57,022 bases of DNA from a virus (Duplodnaviria; Caudoviricetes), in IMG/VR virus record IMGVR_UViG_2124908045_000001, positions 1-57,022 of that record; one strand, 5' to 3'. Positions 27,755-35,824 of this stretch are shown here, piece after piece; position 1 is the stretch's first letter; every line of letters starts with the position of its first letter. The notes beneath the pieces are model-generated. The model searched no databases, was not told where the DNA came from, and saw only the letters and a list, made by a program, of their open reading frames with translations. Made by a program: the position numbers and the translations under genes.

Positions 27755-27965
27755 AAAAATATCCCGTCAACGAGCGTACGAGCAGAGGAATCTCGCCAAG
27801 GGCTTGTGCCGACGATGCCCCAACAAGCGCTCACCCACGAGCAACCTATTCTGCCCCAAGCACGAGAAGAAATCCTACACCGCCCAGCGCAAAAAGAACG
27901 GCTGGAAAACCAAGCACGCCAGAACACGGCGCTACAAGGTGAGAGCATTCGGGAAGCATGCATGA
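27747..27965 (+). CDS. Small basic Zn-finger protein
   Basis: GLCRRC...FCPKH. Confidence 0.65.
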   Translation: MAKKISRQRAYEQRNLAKGLCRRCPNKRSPTSNLFCPKHEKKSYTAQRKKNGWKTKHARTRRYKVRAFGKHA

Positions 27966-28315
27966 CGGCTGAAGCACAACGAATTGCGATTGCGGAGGCG
28001 TGCCCGTTTGTAATCAAAAACAGTTCAATGGATAACTACGTTTGGAAATGGCACAACGAAACCATTCCATTTAATCCGCTCAACGACCTGAATGCTATGC
28101 ACGAGGCAGAGACTGGATTGACTGATGAGCAATGGTTTCGATACTTGAAGTTACTTTCAGGGCAAACAGACGCCGATGACAGGACGTGGCCGACCTGCTA
28201 TCTCGATTTGGAAGTCGTTCGGAAATGTGTCAGCGCCACCGCCGCTCAACGTGAAGAAGCCTTCCTGCGCACAATCGGCAAATGGGTCGAATCCGAAACA
28301 GCCGCAAACACATGA
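27962..28315 (+). CDS. Phage hypothetical protein
   Basis: QRIAIAEAC...NDLNAMHEAE...ATAAQREEAFLRTIGKW. Confidence 0.7.
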   Translation: MTAEAQRIAIAEACPFVIKNSSMDNYVWKWHNETIPFNPLNDLNAMHEAETGLTDEQWFRYLKLLSGQTDADDRTWPTCYLDLEVVRKCVSATAAQREEAFLRTIGKWVESETAANT

Positions 28316-28503
28316 ACACCACAACCGAATCCCTCCAGCACCAAAAGCGCGTCGTTGTTCATTTCGAGCACCCCATCGACAGTGATTACTGCCTGTGCGG
28401 CAGGATGTGTACGCGTGACACGCCAATCAGCACCACGGGCAACAACGTGGATTGTTTGGATTGTATTCAGCATGAGGAAGCGGGGACGAGCGCTGATGTC
28501 TAA
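28312..28503 (+). CDS. Small Cys-rich protein
   Basis: VVHF...CLCG...VDCLDC. Confidence 0.55.
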   Translation: MNTTTESLQHQKRVVVHFEHPIDSDYCLCGRMCTRDTPISTTGNNVDCLDCIQHEEAGTSADV

Positions 28504-28599
28504 CAAAGCGCCGGAAAGACAAGACGTGTGACGACTGTGGGAAGCCAATCGCTGGAAACTGCCGCGACCCGCCGCCTCACGGTCGAACGGAACACAAAT

Positions 28600-28884
28600 A
28601 TGAAATACCGAAAGAAGCCAGTGACAATCGAAGCCATCACGTTCGACGAACTCGTGGAACATGGCCGCAACAACGGAGCGAACATCGTCAACGGAATGCC
28701 GTGGTCGTTCCAATACGCAGGCCAGCCAATCACTCACGAGAATGATGACTGCTATCTGATACCTACGCTCGAAGGCACAATGAAGATGGGCCGCACCGAC
28801 ATGCTGATAACCGGCGTGAAGGGTGAAATCTACCCGTGCAAGCGTGACATCTTTGATGCGACCTACGAAGCCGTGCGCGAGTGA
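28600..28884 (+). CDS. Conserved phage protein (YRKKPV...TLEG...GEIYPCK family)
   Basis: MKYRKKPVTIEA...IPTLEG...GVKGEIYPCKRDIFDATY. Confidence 0.85.
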   Translation: MKYRKKPVTIEAITFDELVEHGRNNGANIVNGMPWSFQYAGQPITHENDDCYLIPTLEGTMKMGRTDMLITGVKGEIYPCKRDIFDATYEAVRE

Positions 28885-28897
28885 TGGCCAACAGTGA

Positions 28898-31800
28898 TTA
28901 ACGGAACCCGGCACGCACCGCCTTGGGTTGTAGCTGTCCCTGAAACTCACGACCAAACAGCGCCTTCCCGCGCTCCATTCCATCCCGGTAAACTCTCTCC
29001 AGCAGCTTAATCTTCACCTCATCATCCAGCTTGTGGAAATTCGGGTTGATGACCAGTGCGTCCACAATCTGCCTGCGGTTCTCGCCCACCAGTTCTGCAT
29101 ATCGCTCGTACTGTTTCGGGTCGAGTGCGTAGCTGCTGCCTCCCAGCGTGACGGTGCGCTGTGGCAGTGATGGAATAACCGCCGTGTCCGAGGTCTTGCG
29201 CCAGAGGCGGTACAATTCCAATTCCACGGGATCGCTCGTGACCTGTTTGTTCTTCGTGATGTCGAAGAAGTGGTAGAAGATTGCGTCACGCCCCTCGGGG
29301 GTTTCCAGCATGGGCTTGCCCCAGAAGTCGCGCTTGAGCGGCAGGTAATCGTCCAAGCCAGCAAAGCCGAGTTTTGTTTTGACGATGTTGGCGATCTTGC
29401 CCTTGAAGTCGTCAGCCTTCACGTCCACTTGATATTTACGCGTGGCGCGGCTCAGCACATTGAGCGTGCCGGGTAAAAAGATGGAAGCCGTAGTGTTGGC
29501 CCACTGGCGCAGATAATTATCCGCATTGCCGTCCTTGATTGCCGTGAGCAGTCCTTCCACGCCGGAAAGGAAAGATTGATTCAGGGCGAATCGCGCCTGC
29601 TCCAGCGTGGAATTTCTCGCTACGTTCAACCATAAATCTTCCGCTTCTTTTTTTGGGCCGCGTTCCAAATCACGCCCAACATTGGCCGTCAAATAGAGGC
29701 GGCTCCCGGCCAAGCCTCCTGCATAGAAGAAGTTCGCCGTCCTGTCGCCCGGCTTGAATGCCGGATCACCACCGGAGAGGGCGCGAGTGAGTCCGCTGAT
29801 ATTGATGTGGTTGGGAGGCAGGACTTGCCCCGCCAGAACGCGGGCCTTTTGCGCCTCGTCGCGCCGATCCATTGAGGGAGCGATAAGACCTTTATTGTAA
29901 AGCCAGATCGCGGCCCCTTGTATGGCCATTCCAACCACCATGCGGCCAGCTGACAGTTTAGCCTCTCGGGAATTGCCAACTTTGGCCTCCATGACTGTTC
30001 TCGCGAACGCCACAATCGGGTCGTACGACAAAACGCGGCTGAGAATTTTGAGCGGGGTAAGTTTGTATGGAGCCACCGTGGCCACCGCGAAATCGAGGAA
30101 GTTAGGAGACACGCCCAGCTTTTCCGTCAGCACGTTATTGCGCGTCAGGCGATTTATGGTATCCAGTGGCTTGCTCTTGCCCTGAAACACCGCAGCATCC
30201 GTATCGCGTTTGATCAGTTCCAGTGCTTCTCTCGGCAGAAATAATTCCGGGAACTTTTGAGCGAACGCCCATTGCTCCTCTGGAACTTTGTTGAGCTTTA
30301 ACTGCTCAGCCGTTATCCGCCCACGTGCCCCCTCCTTGTAGATGGCATCGGTAGCGGCCAACCCGCGCAGCATCGGCTCAGCGTGGAGTCCAAAAGTGCC
30401 CTCCAATGCTAGATTCAAGCGATCAATCAAGGTGATTTTGCCGCCAGTGGTAGGCATCTCCGGGTTCTTGGCGAACTGGTTTATCCATGCTTTAATTGGA
30501 TGCAATCCAGCACGCGCCTCTCCCTTAATCACATTGCCGCTGCCCTCAATGAGAATGCTTGGAACCTTCGCTAATCCCCTGCCCGCCCCCTTGATGGCCT
30601 CCAACGTGCCAGCGAGCGGTTGCACCTCGATTTCACGTGGTTTATTGCGGATAAAGGAGTCTAGGATGTCCAGTCCCGCCGCTGCTGTTCGTGCCTGAGC
30701 GTCAAACGGCAGAAACGTGGTATTCCCGAAAACGTTGGCCTCCTGCGACATGGGGGTGAGAAGGTTGCCTTGGAGCAGCGACTTCAAGACACTCCATGTA
30801 TTCTTAGGCTCGAACTTCGCGATGAACTTCTGAAGCTCCAACGCCTCGGCGTTGGCCTTGTCCAGCGCGGTCTCGGCTTTGGTGGCATTCTCAGCAGTGG
30901 GCTTGGATTGCCAAGCATCTGTCGCCTTGTCCAGCGCTGCGTCCGCCTCTTTGGATTTGCGCGTGATTTCAATGGCGGTATTCCGCTGGTCTGGCGTGAG
31001 CGGGTCTTTTCCAGCCACTGTGAGCTTCTTGTCAATAACCGTGGCGACATATTCAGGCCGTGTGCCCGCGAGGCGCTTGAATTGATTGATATTCTGGCCG
31101 AAGGACGTGCCCTGTTTTTCCAACTCCGCGAAAATTTGGTAGCCGCCATCGTTGTCGCCAGCACGGAACCGGCGATCTGCCTGCTCCAATCGGGAAGCGA
31201 CGAAGAGATTGCTGTCGGCAGGCATCGCTCCAAGCTCCGCATCCGTCATGGTCTTGACCGCATCCTCCACACGAGCCATCGACTGCTGGGTGTATCGGCT
31301 TTCAGGCGCGGCTTCGATGCGCTCCTGAACAGGCTCAGGAATTTGCGGCGATTCCGTGGCGCGCTCCGCGCTCTTGCGCATCTTCACGGTCTCGCCGCGA
31401 GTATCGGGAACGTAGCCAGACTGTGCTGCCGCTTCCGCCGCTCGTTGCTTCGTTTCAGTTGCTCGCTGTTGGCGAACAACTTCAACTGACGGCGGCAGCG
31501 AGGACCGGCCAAGACCAGCTACTTCGCTTTCGCGCTCGAAGAAGGCGGGTGCGCGGGTTGGGTCTGTGATGATCCCGGCCTCTACAGCACGATCATAAAG
31601 GCGGCGCTGTCCAGCATCTGTAGAGCCTGAGCTTTTGACCTGATCGTTCAGTGCTGATTCGTATTCGTTGACTATTTTCTGCTTGGTCTTTGGCAGTCTG
31701 CGCAATGACGCTTCAACCATCCTGCGCTTGGATGGCTCAACGCGGTCATAAATCCACGACAGTCCAGCCTTGTCCACGGCAGCACTTGCGGCATCCAGTC

Positions 31801-33376
31801 TTTCCTGAGCCGCCACTTGCTCTGATGTCTTTGGTGCTCGTGGCAACTTACGCAATTCCTGTAACAGTTTTCCCTCTCGTGGGGCGTTCTTGAATTGCTC
31901 GAATGTTAAGCGGATAGGTTCAGCCCCGACCGGCTCCACAGCTTTGGTTGGTTCTGGGGCTTCAGGTGTCAGTGTCTCCTGTTGCTGGACTTCTTTTGGT
32001 ACTGCAAGTGGATCACCTCCTTTCGTTTTCTCGACAGCTTCAGCCCATGTGTATTTACCCGTGGGTAGCTTCGAGAAATCTGGGACATCCACGCCCGCTG
32101 CCTTGAGGGATTCGACCGTGGGCGACTTCACATTCTCGCCGGGCGCAGCACGATCCACGATTTGCACGTAACCGGGCACTTCACCAGCAGGGGCTTGCAC
32201 GCTTACCTCGAAATTCTCAACGCCGACAGTGCTGGGCTTTTGCTGTTCCGTAAACTCAGCGAGGTTCTGCTTCAACTCGTCTGCGGGTATCTGCTCGCTC
32301 GTTAACTCCATTGTGCCGACTTTCCGGGCTTTGGCTGCTTCTTCGCGCGTCAGGAACCTTTTGCTTTCAAGATCGTAAAAACCTTGCTGCATCGTGGAGA
32401 GATCGTCCGCGCTGATTTTACCGGCCCTCATCTGTTCCAAGGCGTGGCTGACGGCAAATGGGTGGCGTTCCCCCGCGAAGATGCGGCCCGCGTCTGTTCG
32501 CACGACCGGCACGAGCCTGGGTGGTGCAGTGATACTTTCAGGCGGCAAAGTATCTTTTGCTGCCGCAGGTGCTACTTGAGTATCAATTGGCTTTTCGGCT
32601 GGCGTCACCTTCTCGATTGGTGATTCCAGTTGCTGGGGTTGGTCTTTGGCAGTCTGTTCCAGTGCCGCCTTTGATTTGCTGAGCGCATCGGGCACGCGGG
32701 CTTCGGCATTCTCCAACGCAACCATTACCGGCTCCTTAATTGCGGGTCGCTTGATGCCGTGAAATGGTGAAGCCAGCGTGAGTCCGCCGAGAATCGTGTT
32801 GATGGCCAGTCGCGTGTTGGCTGCGGCTTTTTCCTCCTCTGTGCCTGTGACTGATGCTTCACCTGCGGCGCGAGCGAGTTCCGGCTGCGCGCTGGCCATT
32901 TCGTAGCCGAACAAGCCACCGGCAATCTTTGCGCCAATGCGGCCAGTGGGGCCAAGCGCGAGCAAGGCGAGATTCTGTGGCGATGTCAGGCCGGCTGCGG
33001 TTTCTGCCAATGCCGTGGTGACACCGCGCGTCGTGGGTGACAATTCTTCACGGCGTTCAGGTGATGCCAGTAACGTCTCGGGAGCAATAATTGGCCGCTC
33101 CACCTCGGTGAAGAAATTGGCCGCGCGCTGCTTTGGCCTGCCTTCAGCCATCGCCGCCGCCAAGTTGCTCGCGGTTTCAAGGGAACGCCGCTGTGCTGGG
33201 TCCATGTTGGTGGGAATCCCGGAATCATCGGCGTAAATGGGGGTGGGGAGTAATGGCGATTCTGCGACATCTGTGCGCGGTGCAACCTCAGAAACTGCCA
33301 CTCCACCAAATTGATCGCGCTCTGGTTCCTCGTCAATTGGAATGCCGCCATACTCGTCCACATCGCCATTCTTCAT
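28898..33376 (-). CDS. Large internal virion / DNA ejection protein
   Basis: 1492 aa, largely helical; last of a run of minus-strand virion genes. Confidence 0.65.
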   Translation of the reverse strand: MKNGDVDEYGGIPIDEEPERDQFGGVAVSEVAPRTDVAESPLLPTPIYADDSGIPTNMDPAQRRSLETASNLAAAMAEGRPKQRAANFFTEVERPIIAPETLLASPERREELSPTTRGVTTALAETAAGLTSPQNLALLALGPTGRIGAKIAGGLFGYEMASAQPELARAAGEASVTGTEEEKAAANTRLAINTILGGLTLASPFHGIKRPAIKEPVMVALENAEARVPDALSKSKAALEQTAKDQPQQLESPIEKVTPAEKPIDTQVAPAAAKDTLPPESITAPPRLVPVVRTDAGRIFAGERHPFAVSHALEQMRAGKISADDLSTMQQGFYDLESKRFLTREEAAKARKVGTMELTSEQIPADELKQNLAEFTEQQKPSTVGVENFEVSVQAPAGEVPGYVQIVDRAAPGENVKSPTVESLKAAGVDVPDFSKLPTGKYTWAEAVEKTKGGDPLAVPKEVQQQETLTPEAPEPTKAVEPVGAEPIRLTFEQFKNAPREGKLLQELRKLPRAPKTSEQVAAQERLDAASAAVDKAGLSWIYDRVEPSKRRMVEASLRRLPKTKQKIVNEYESALNDQVKSSGSTDAGQRRLYDRAVEAGIITDPTRAPAFFERESEVAGLGRSSLPPSVEVVRQQRATETKQRAAEAAAQSGYVPDTRGETVKMRKSAERATESPQIPEPVQERIEAAPESRYTQQSMARVEDAVKTMTDAELGAMPADSNLFVASRLEQADRRFRAGDNDGGYQIFAELEKQGTSFGQNINQFKRLAGTRPEYVATVIDKKLTVAGKDPLTPDQRNTAIEITRKSKEADAALDKATDAWQSKPTAENATKAETALDKANAEALELQKFIAKFEPKNTWSVLKSLLQGNLLTPMSQEANVFGNTTFLPFDAQARTAAAGLDILDSFIRNKPREIEVQPLAGTLEAIKGAGRGLAKVPSILIEGSGNVIKGEARAGLHPIKAWINQFAKNPEMPTTGGKITLIDRLNLALEGTFGLHAEPMLRGLAATDAIYKEGARGRITAEQLKLNKVPEEQWAFAQKFPELFLPREALELIKRDTDAAVFQGKSKPLDTINRLTRNNVLTEKLGVSPNFLDFAVATVAPYKLTPLKILSRVLSYDPIVAFARTVMEAKVGNSREAKLSAGRMVVGMAIQGAAIWLYNKGLIAPSMDRRDEAQKARVLAGQVLPPNHINISGLTRALSGGDPAFKPGDRTANFFYAGGLAGSRLYLTANVGRDLERGPKKEAEDLWLNVARNSTLEQARFALNQSFLSGVEGLLTAIKDGNADNYLRQWANTTASIFLPGTLNVLSRATRKYQVDVKADDFKGKIANIVKTKLGFAGLDDYLPLKRDFWGKPMLETPEGRDAIFYHFFDITKNKQVTSDPVELELYRLWRKTSDTAVIPSLPQRTVTLGGSSYALDPKQYERYAELVGENRRQIVDALVINPNFHKLDDEVKIKLLERVYRDGMERGKALFGREFQGQLQPKAVRAGFR

Positions 33377-33391
33377 CGAATGCGGCCCAAC

Positions 33392-33438
33392 TCAAGCCCG
33401 AATACATTTTGATTGACGATGAAACATCTGCGTGACAC
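33392..33438 (+). promoter_or_regulatory. 47-bp duplicated promoter-like block, copy 1
   Basis: 46/47 identical to 34978-35024; TTGACG and GCGTGACAC. Confidence 0.75.
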
Positions 33439-33519
33439 CGTTGCGCAGGGATGATGAACGCAGACTTCAGGCACTCCGCCCTGGCGTTTCTTGCAGCGCC
33501 TTGTTAGCGAGTAAAACTT

Positions 33520-33783
33520 ATGAAACCAATAATCCTACAACGGTGGACGGAAGTAGCCCCAACAATGTGGACCGACACCAATCGCAAAGGCCGAGTCGAA
33601 CACATCCTGTTTATTGAGAACTGCGAGAAACGGAAAGCGCCCGTCACTGGCAAGGTCAACATCTCGCGCAGTAAAAGCATCGTGTGTCTCGAAGGCCGAA
33701 CCATCGCCGAAGCTGACTCGAAAGTGAAGGACTTCTGCGAAGGTAAAAACGTCGTGCTGCTCGAAAAGGAGCGGTCTCGCTAA
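33520..33783 (+). CDS. Cassette gene: hypothetical protein
   Basis: Stop TAA lies within the core CGCTAAC. Confidence 0.65.
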   Translation: MKPIILQRWTEVAPTMWTDTNRKGRVEHILFIENCEKRKAPVTGKVNISRSKSIVCLEGRTIAEADSKVKDFCEGKNVVLLEKERSR

Positions 33784-33885
33784 CGTCCGCGTGAGCGACC
33801 GGCCCGAATACTGTGGACTCCAACATTGCAAACGAGCGTCGAAGTGACCCGGCTCAGTCCGGTTCGCTCGACGCGGTGGTTAGCC
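33778..33885 (-). other. attC-like site
   Basis: CGCTAAC-GTCC-GCGTGAGCGACCGG ... CCGGTTCGCTCGACGC-GGTG-GTTAGCC. Confidence 0.85.
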
Positions 33886-34052
33886 AGCACATTCACGAAC
33901 GACTATCCGGCGAACTGGCTCTCGGCTTCGCGAGATACGAAGCACTCCGCCGACTAAACCCGCGCCAATATCGCGAACTCCATGATCGTAACATGAAGGG
34001 TGAAAACTTCGACGGCATGGTGGATGCGCTTGTGCTGGCTAACAACGGTTAA
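33813..34052 (+). CDS. Cassette gene: hypothetical protein
   Basis: Starts in the attC loop; RYEALRRLNPRQY. Confidence 0.65.
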   Translation: MDSNIANERRSDPAQSGSLDAVVSQHIHERLSGELALGFARYEALRRLNPRQYRELHDRNMKGENFDGMVDALVLANNG

Positions 34053-34058
34053 TCGACT

Positions 34059-34955
34059 TCACGGCTTCCTGTACCTGCGCCCATCCTTGCCGATGTAAAC
34101 CGCGCCTGATGGAAGGTTGTCGAATTGCGCTTTGGATGTGACTTGCGATGGCTCTTGCGGTGCAGTGGCAGATGCCGCTGGCGCTGCCGGTCGTGGAATC
34201 GCTCCCGCCGCGTCCCATGCTGGTTTCATCTGCTGAAATCCAACCTGATCAACGTTTGGGTTGGATTCCGGGCCAGACACCAAATCCACACGCGCCTTTT
34301 CCAGCCCCTGAATCTCGGCTTTGAGAGCGGCTCGCTCATCATCAGTGTATGGCGTCGCCAGTGGGCCACTGCCAGTAACGCCGCGAGCCAGCGCCCGCCG
34401 TAACTCTCGCAAATTATCGCCGATGTTCTGTTCCTGGGCGCGTAAAGCTGGGGTCACTTTGCCGGGCACAAACTTTTGCACAGGTGGACGAATCATTCGC
34501 TGTGGCCTAAGCACCTCGGCGGCAAACGCTTTCACGTCGTTGGCGTACATTTCCGGCCCAGCAAGCGCCAGCGCCTCCTCGCGTGTGGCACCATCCTTGA
34601 TCAACTGTTGGTATTTCTGAACACCAGCAAATCTCCGCGCCTGCAAGCCAAGCAACGCCTGTTGCTTTTGTAACGCTGGGTTCTCGCGATTCTGTTCTGC
34701 CGTGAATGCGTTATCGGTTGAAGTCGCGTAGGACTGAAGTATGGGTGCTTCAGCATTCAACTGGTCGATTTCTGACGCAGGGCTGCCGCGCCACACCTCG
34801 GGCGGCGTTTCGGCTGGCATCTCGACGGGAATCGCGGGTGCGGGTGGCGCATCCTGAATTTGCTGGCCGTACAGTTCTGCCAGCAACGCTTCTTCCTCAA
34901 GACGCTTGCGTTCTTCGTCGGTCAAATCTTGTTCAAGAACAGCCACGCTGCGCAT
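34059..34955 (-). CDS. Internal virion protein
   Basis: C-terminal FDNLPSGAVYIGKDGRRYRKP motif; position. Confidence 0.65.
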   Translation of the reverse strand: MRSVAVLEQDLTDEERKRLEEEALLAELYGQQIQDAPPAPAIPVEMPAETPPEVWRGSPASEIDQLNAEAPILQSYATSTDNAFTAEQNRENPALQKQQALLGLQARRFAGVQKYQQLIKDGATREEALALAGPEMYANDVKAFAAEVLRPQRMIRPPVQKFVPGKVTPALRAQEQNIGDNLRELRRALARGVTGSGPLATPYTDDERAALKAEIQGLEKARVDLVSGPESNPNVDQVGFQQMKPAWDAAGAIPRPAAPAASATAPQEPSQVTSKAQFDNLPSGAVYIGKDGRRYRKP

Positions 34956-34977
34956 CTTGCTCTTGCTTCCTCAGAAT

Positions 34978-35024
34978 TCAAGCCCGAATACATTTTGATT
35001 GACGATGAAACATCGGCGTGACAC
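34978..35024 (+). promoter_or_regulatory. 47-bp duplicated promoter-like block, copy 2
   Basis: See copy 1. Confidence 0.75.
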
Positions 35025-35032
35025 TCTTCAAC

Positions 35033-35147
35033 ACGGAACGACCAAGTGGACCGACTGCGAGCATGAAAACCAAAATCGTGAATATCGGAGTGCGCGTCTG
35101 CGAACTGAGAGGCTTGCTCGCAGTTCGTGTCCAGCGCCTTGTTCGGC
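35033..35147 (-). other. attC-like site
   Basis: ACGGAAC-GACCAA-GTGGACCGACTGCGAGC ... GCTCGCAGTTCGTGTCCAGC-GCCTT-GTTCGGC. Confidence 0.8.
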
Positions 35148-35335
35148 ATCTGCCTCGGCAATATCACATGTTTGATCTGATGAAAGGTTGCGCTCACGGT
35201 CCAAAGCCGGGAGAGCTTCCTTGGTGGAAGATTGTCAGGGTAAAAGTGGATATGACCTTAAACGGACCTGAATGCAAAACAACTCGGCACTGGTTCTATA
35301 CACGATGGGGAGGGTTCTTCATTGAGTGGGATTGA
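35063..35335 (+). CDS. Cassette gene: hypothetical protein
   Basis: ATG inside the attC. Confidence 0.6.
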   Translation: MKTKIVNIGVRVCELRGLLAVRVQRLVRHLPRQYHMFDLMKGCAHGPKPGELPWWKIVRVKVDMTLNGPECKTTRHWFYTRWGGFFIEWD

Positions 35336-35336
35336 T

Positions 35337-35460
35337 GCCTAACGAAAAGCTCACGCAAGACGCCCAACCATGACTACCGCCGACACGCAAAACTTAGTGA
35401 CGCCAACCGACTCCCGCAACGGAGAAGTGGAGCGTCTTTGCGTGCAGCGTTTTGTGAGGG
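35337..35460 (-). other. attC-like site (one core mutated GTT>GTG)
   Basis: GCCTAAC-GAAAA-GCTCACGCAAGACGC ... GCGTCTTTGCGTGCAGC-GTTTT-GTGAGGG. Confidence 0.8.
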
Positions 35461-35714
35461 CGCTTCCACGACGGCTGAAAACCGCGCTCGAAGCCGTCGT
35501 GAATCAGGAAGGTGACGACATCTACTTTGTTCTCGGATACCTGAATCCATCAACAGCCAGAAGCTATATGAGCCAACTGAAATATCGCGGACTGGCCTAC
35601 ACGCACAGAAGCGGAAGCACAACCGAAGTGTGGGCGCATAACAAGGGGCGAAAACTGGTGCGTCCTAACGCCGCGCTCTGCGCCGGCGAGAAGAAAGGCC
35701 ACGAACATGAATGA
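35370..35714 (+). CDS. Cassette gene: winged-helix-like protein
   Basis: LNPSTARSYMSQLKYRGL...HNKGRKLV. Confidence 0.6.
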   Translation: MTTADTQNLVTPTDSRNGEVERLCVQRFVRALPRRLKTALEAVVNQEGDDIYFVLGYLNPSTARSYMSQLKYRGLAYTHRSGSTTEVWAHNKGRKLVRPNAALCAGEKKGHEHE

Positions 35715-35752
35715 GACGCAACCGAGCCGTTCGCAGCAGCAAGTGGTTCAGC
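35663..35752 (-). other. attC-like site
   Basis: TCCTAAC-GCCGC-GCTCTGCGCCGGC ... GCCGTTCGCAGCAGC-AAGTG-GTTCAGC. Confidence 0.75.
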
Positions 35753-35824
35753 GAATGCAACGACTGCACACGTCAATCTGCCTGCTGGAATCTGCATGCT
35801 TGATTCTGGAGCAATGGCGGCATA

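Larger units (their letters stand above)
33490..34059. mobile_element. Integron-type cassette array 2 (2 cassettes; attC orientation -, genes on +)
   Basis: Cores GTTAGCGAG/CTCGCTAAC and GTTAGCCAGCACA/TGTGCTGGCTAAC. Confidence 0.85.
35033..35824. mobile_element. Integron-type cassette array 3 (2 full cassettes + 1 truncated; attC orientation -, genes on +)
   Basis: Three attC-like hairpins; cores match 9/10 and 8/10. Confidence 0.8.

Noticed and set aside
28498-28600. GTCTAAC as the start of an attC
   Set aside because: No complementary arm or GTT core at a suitable distance
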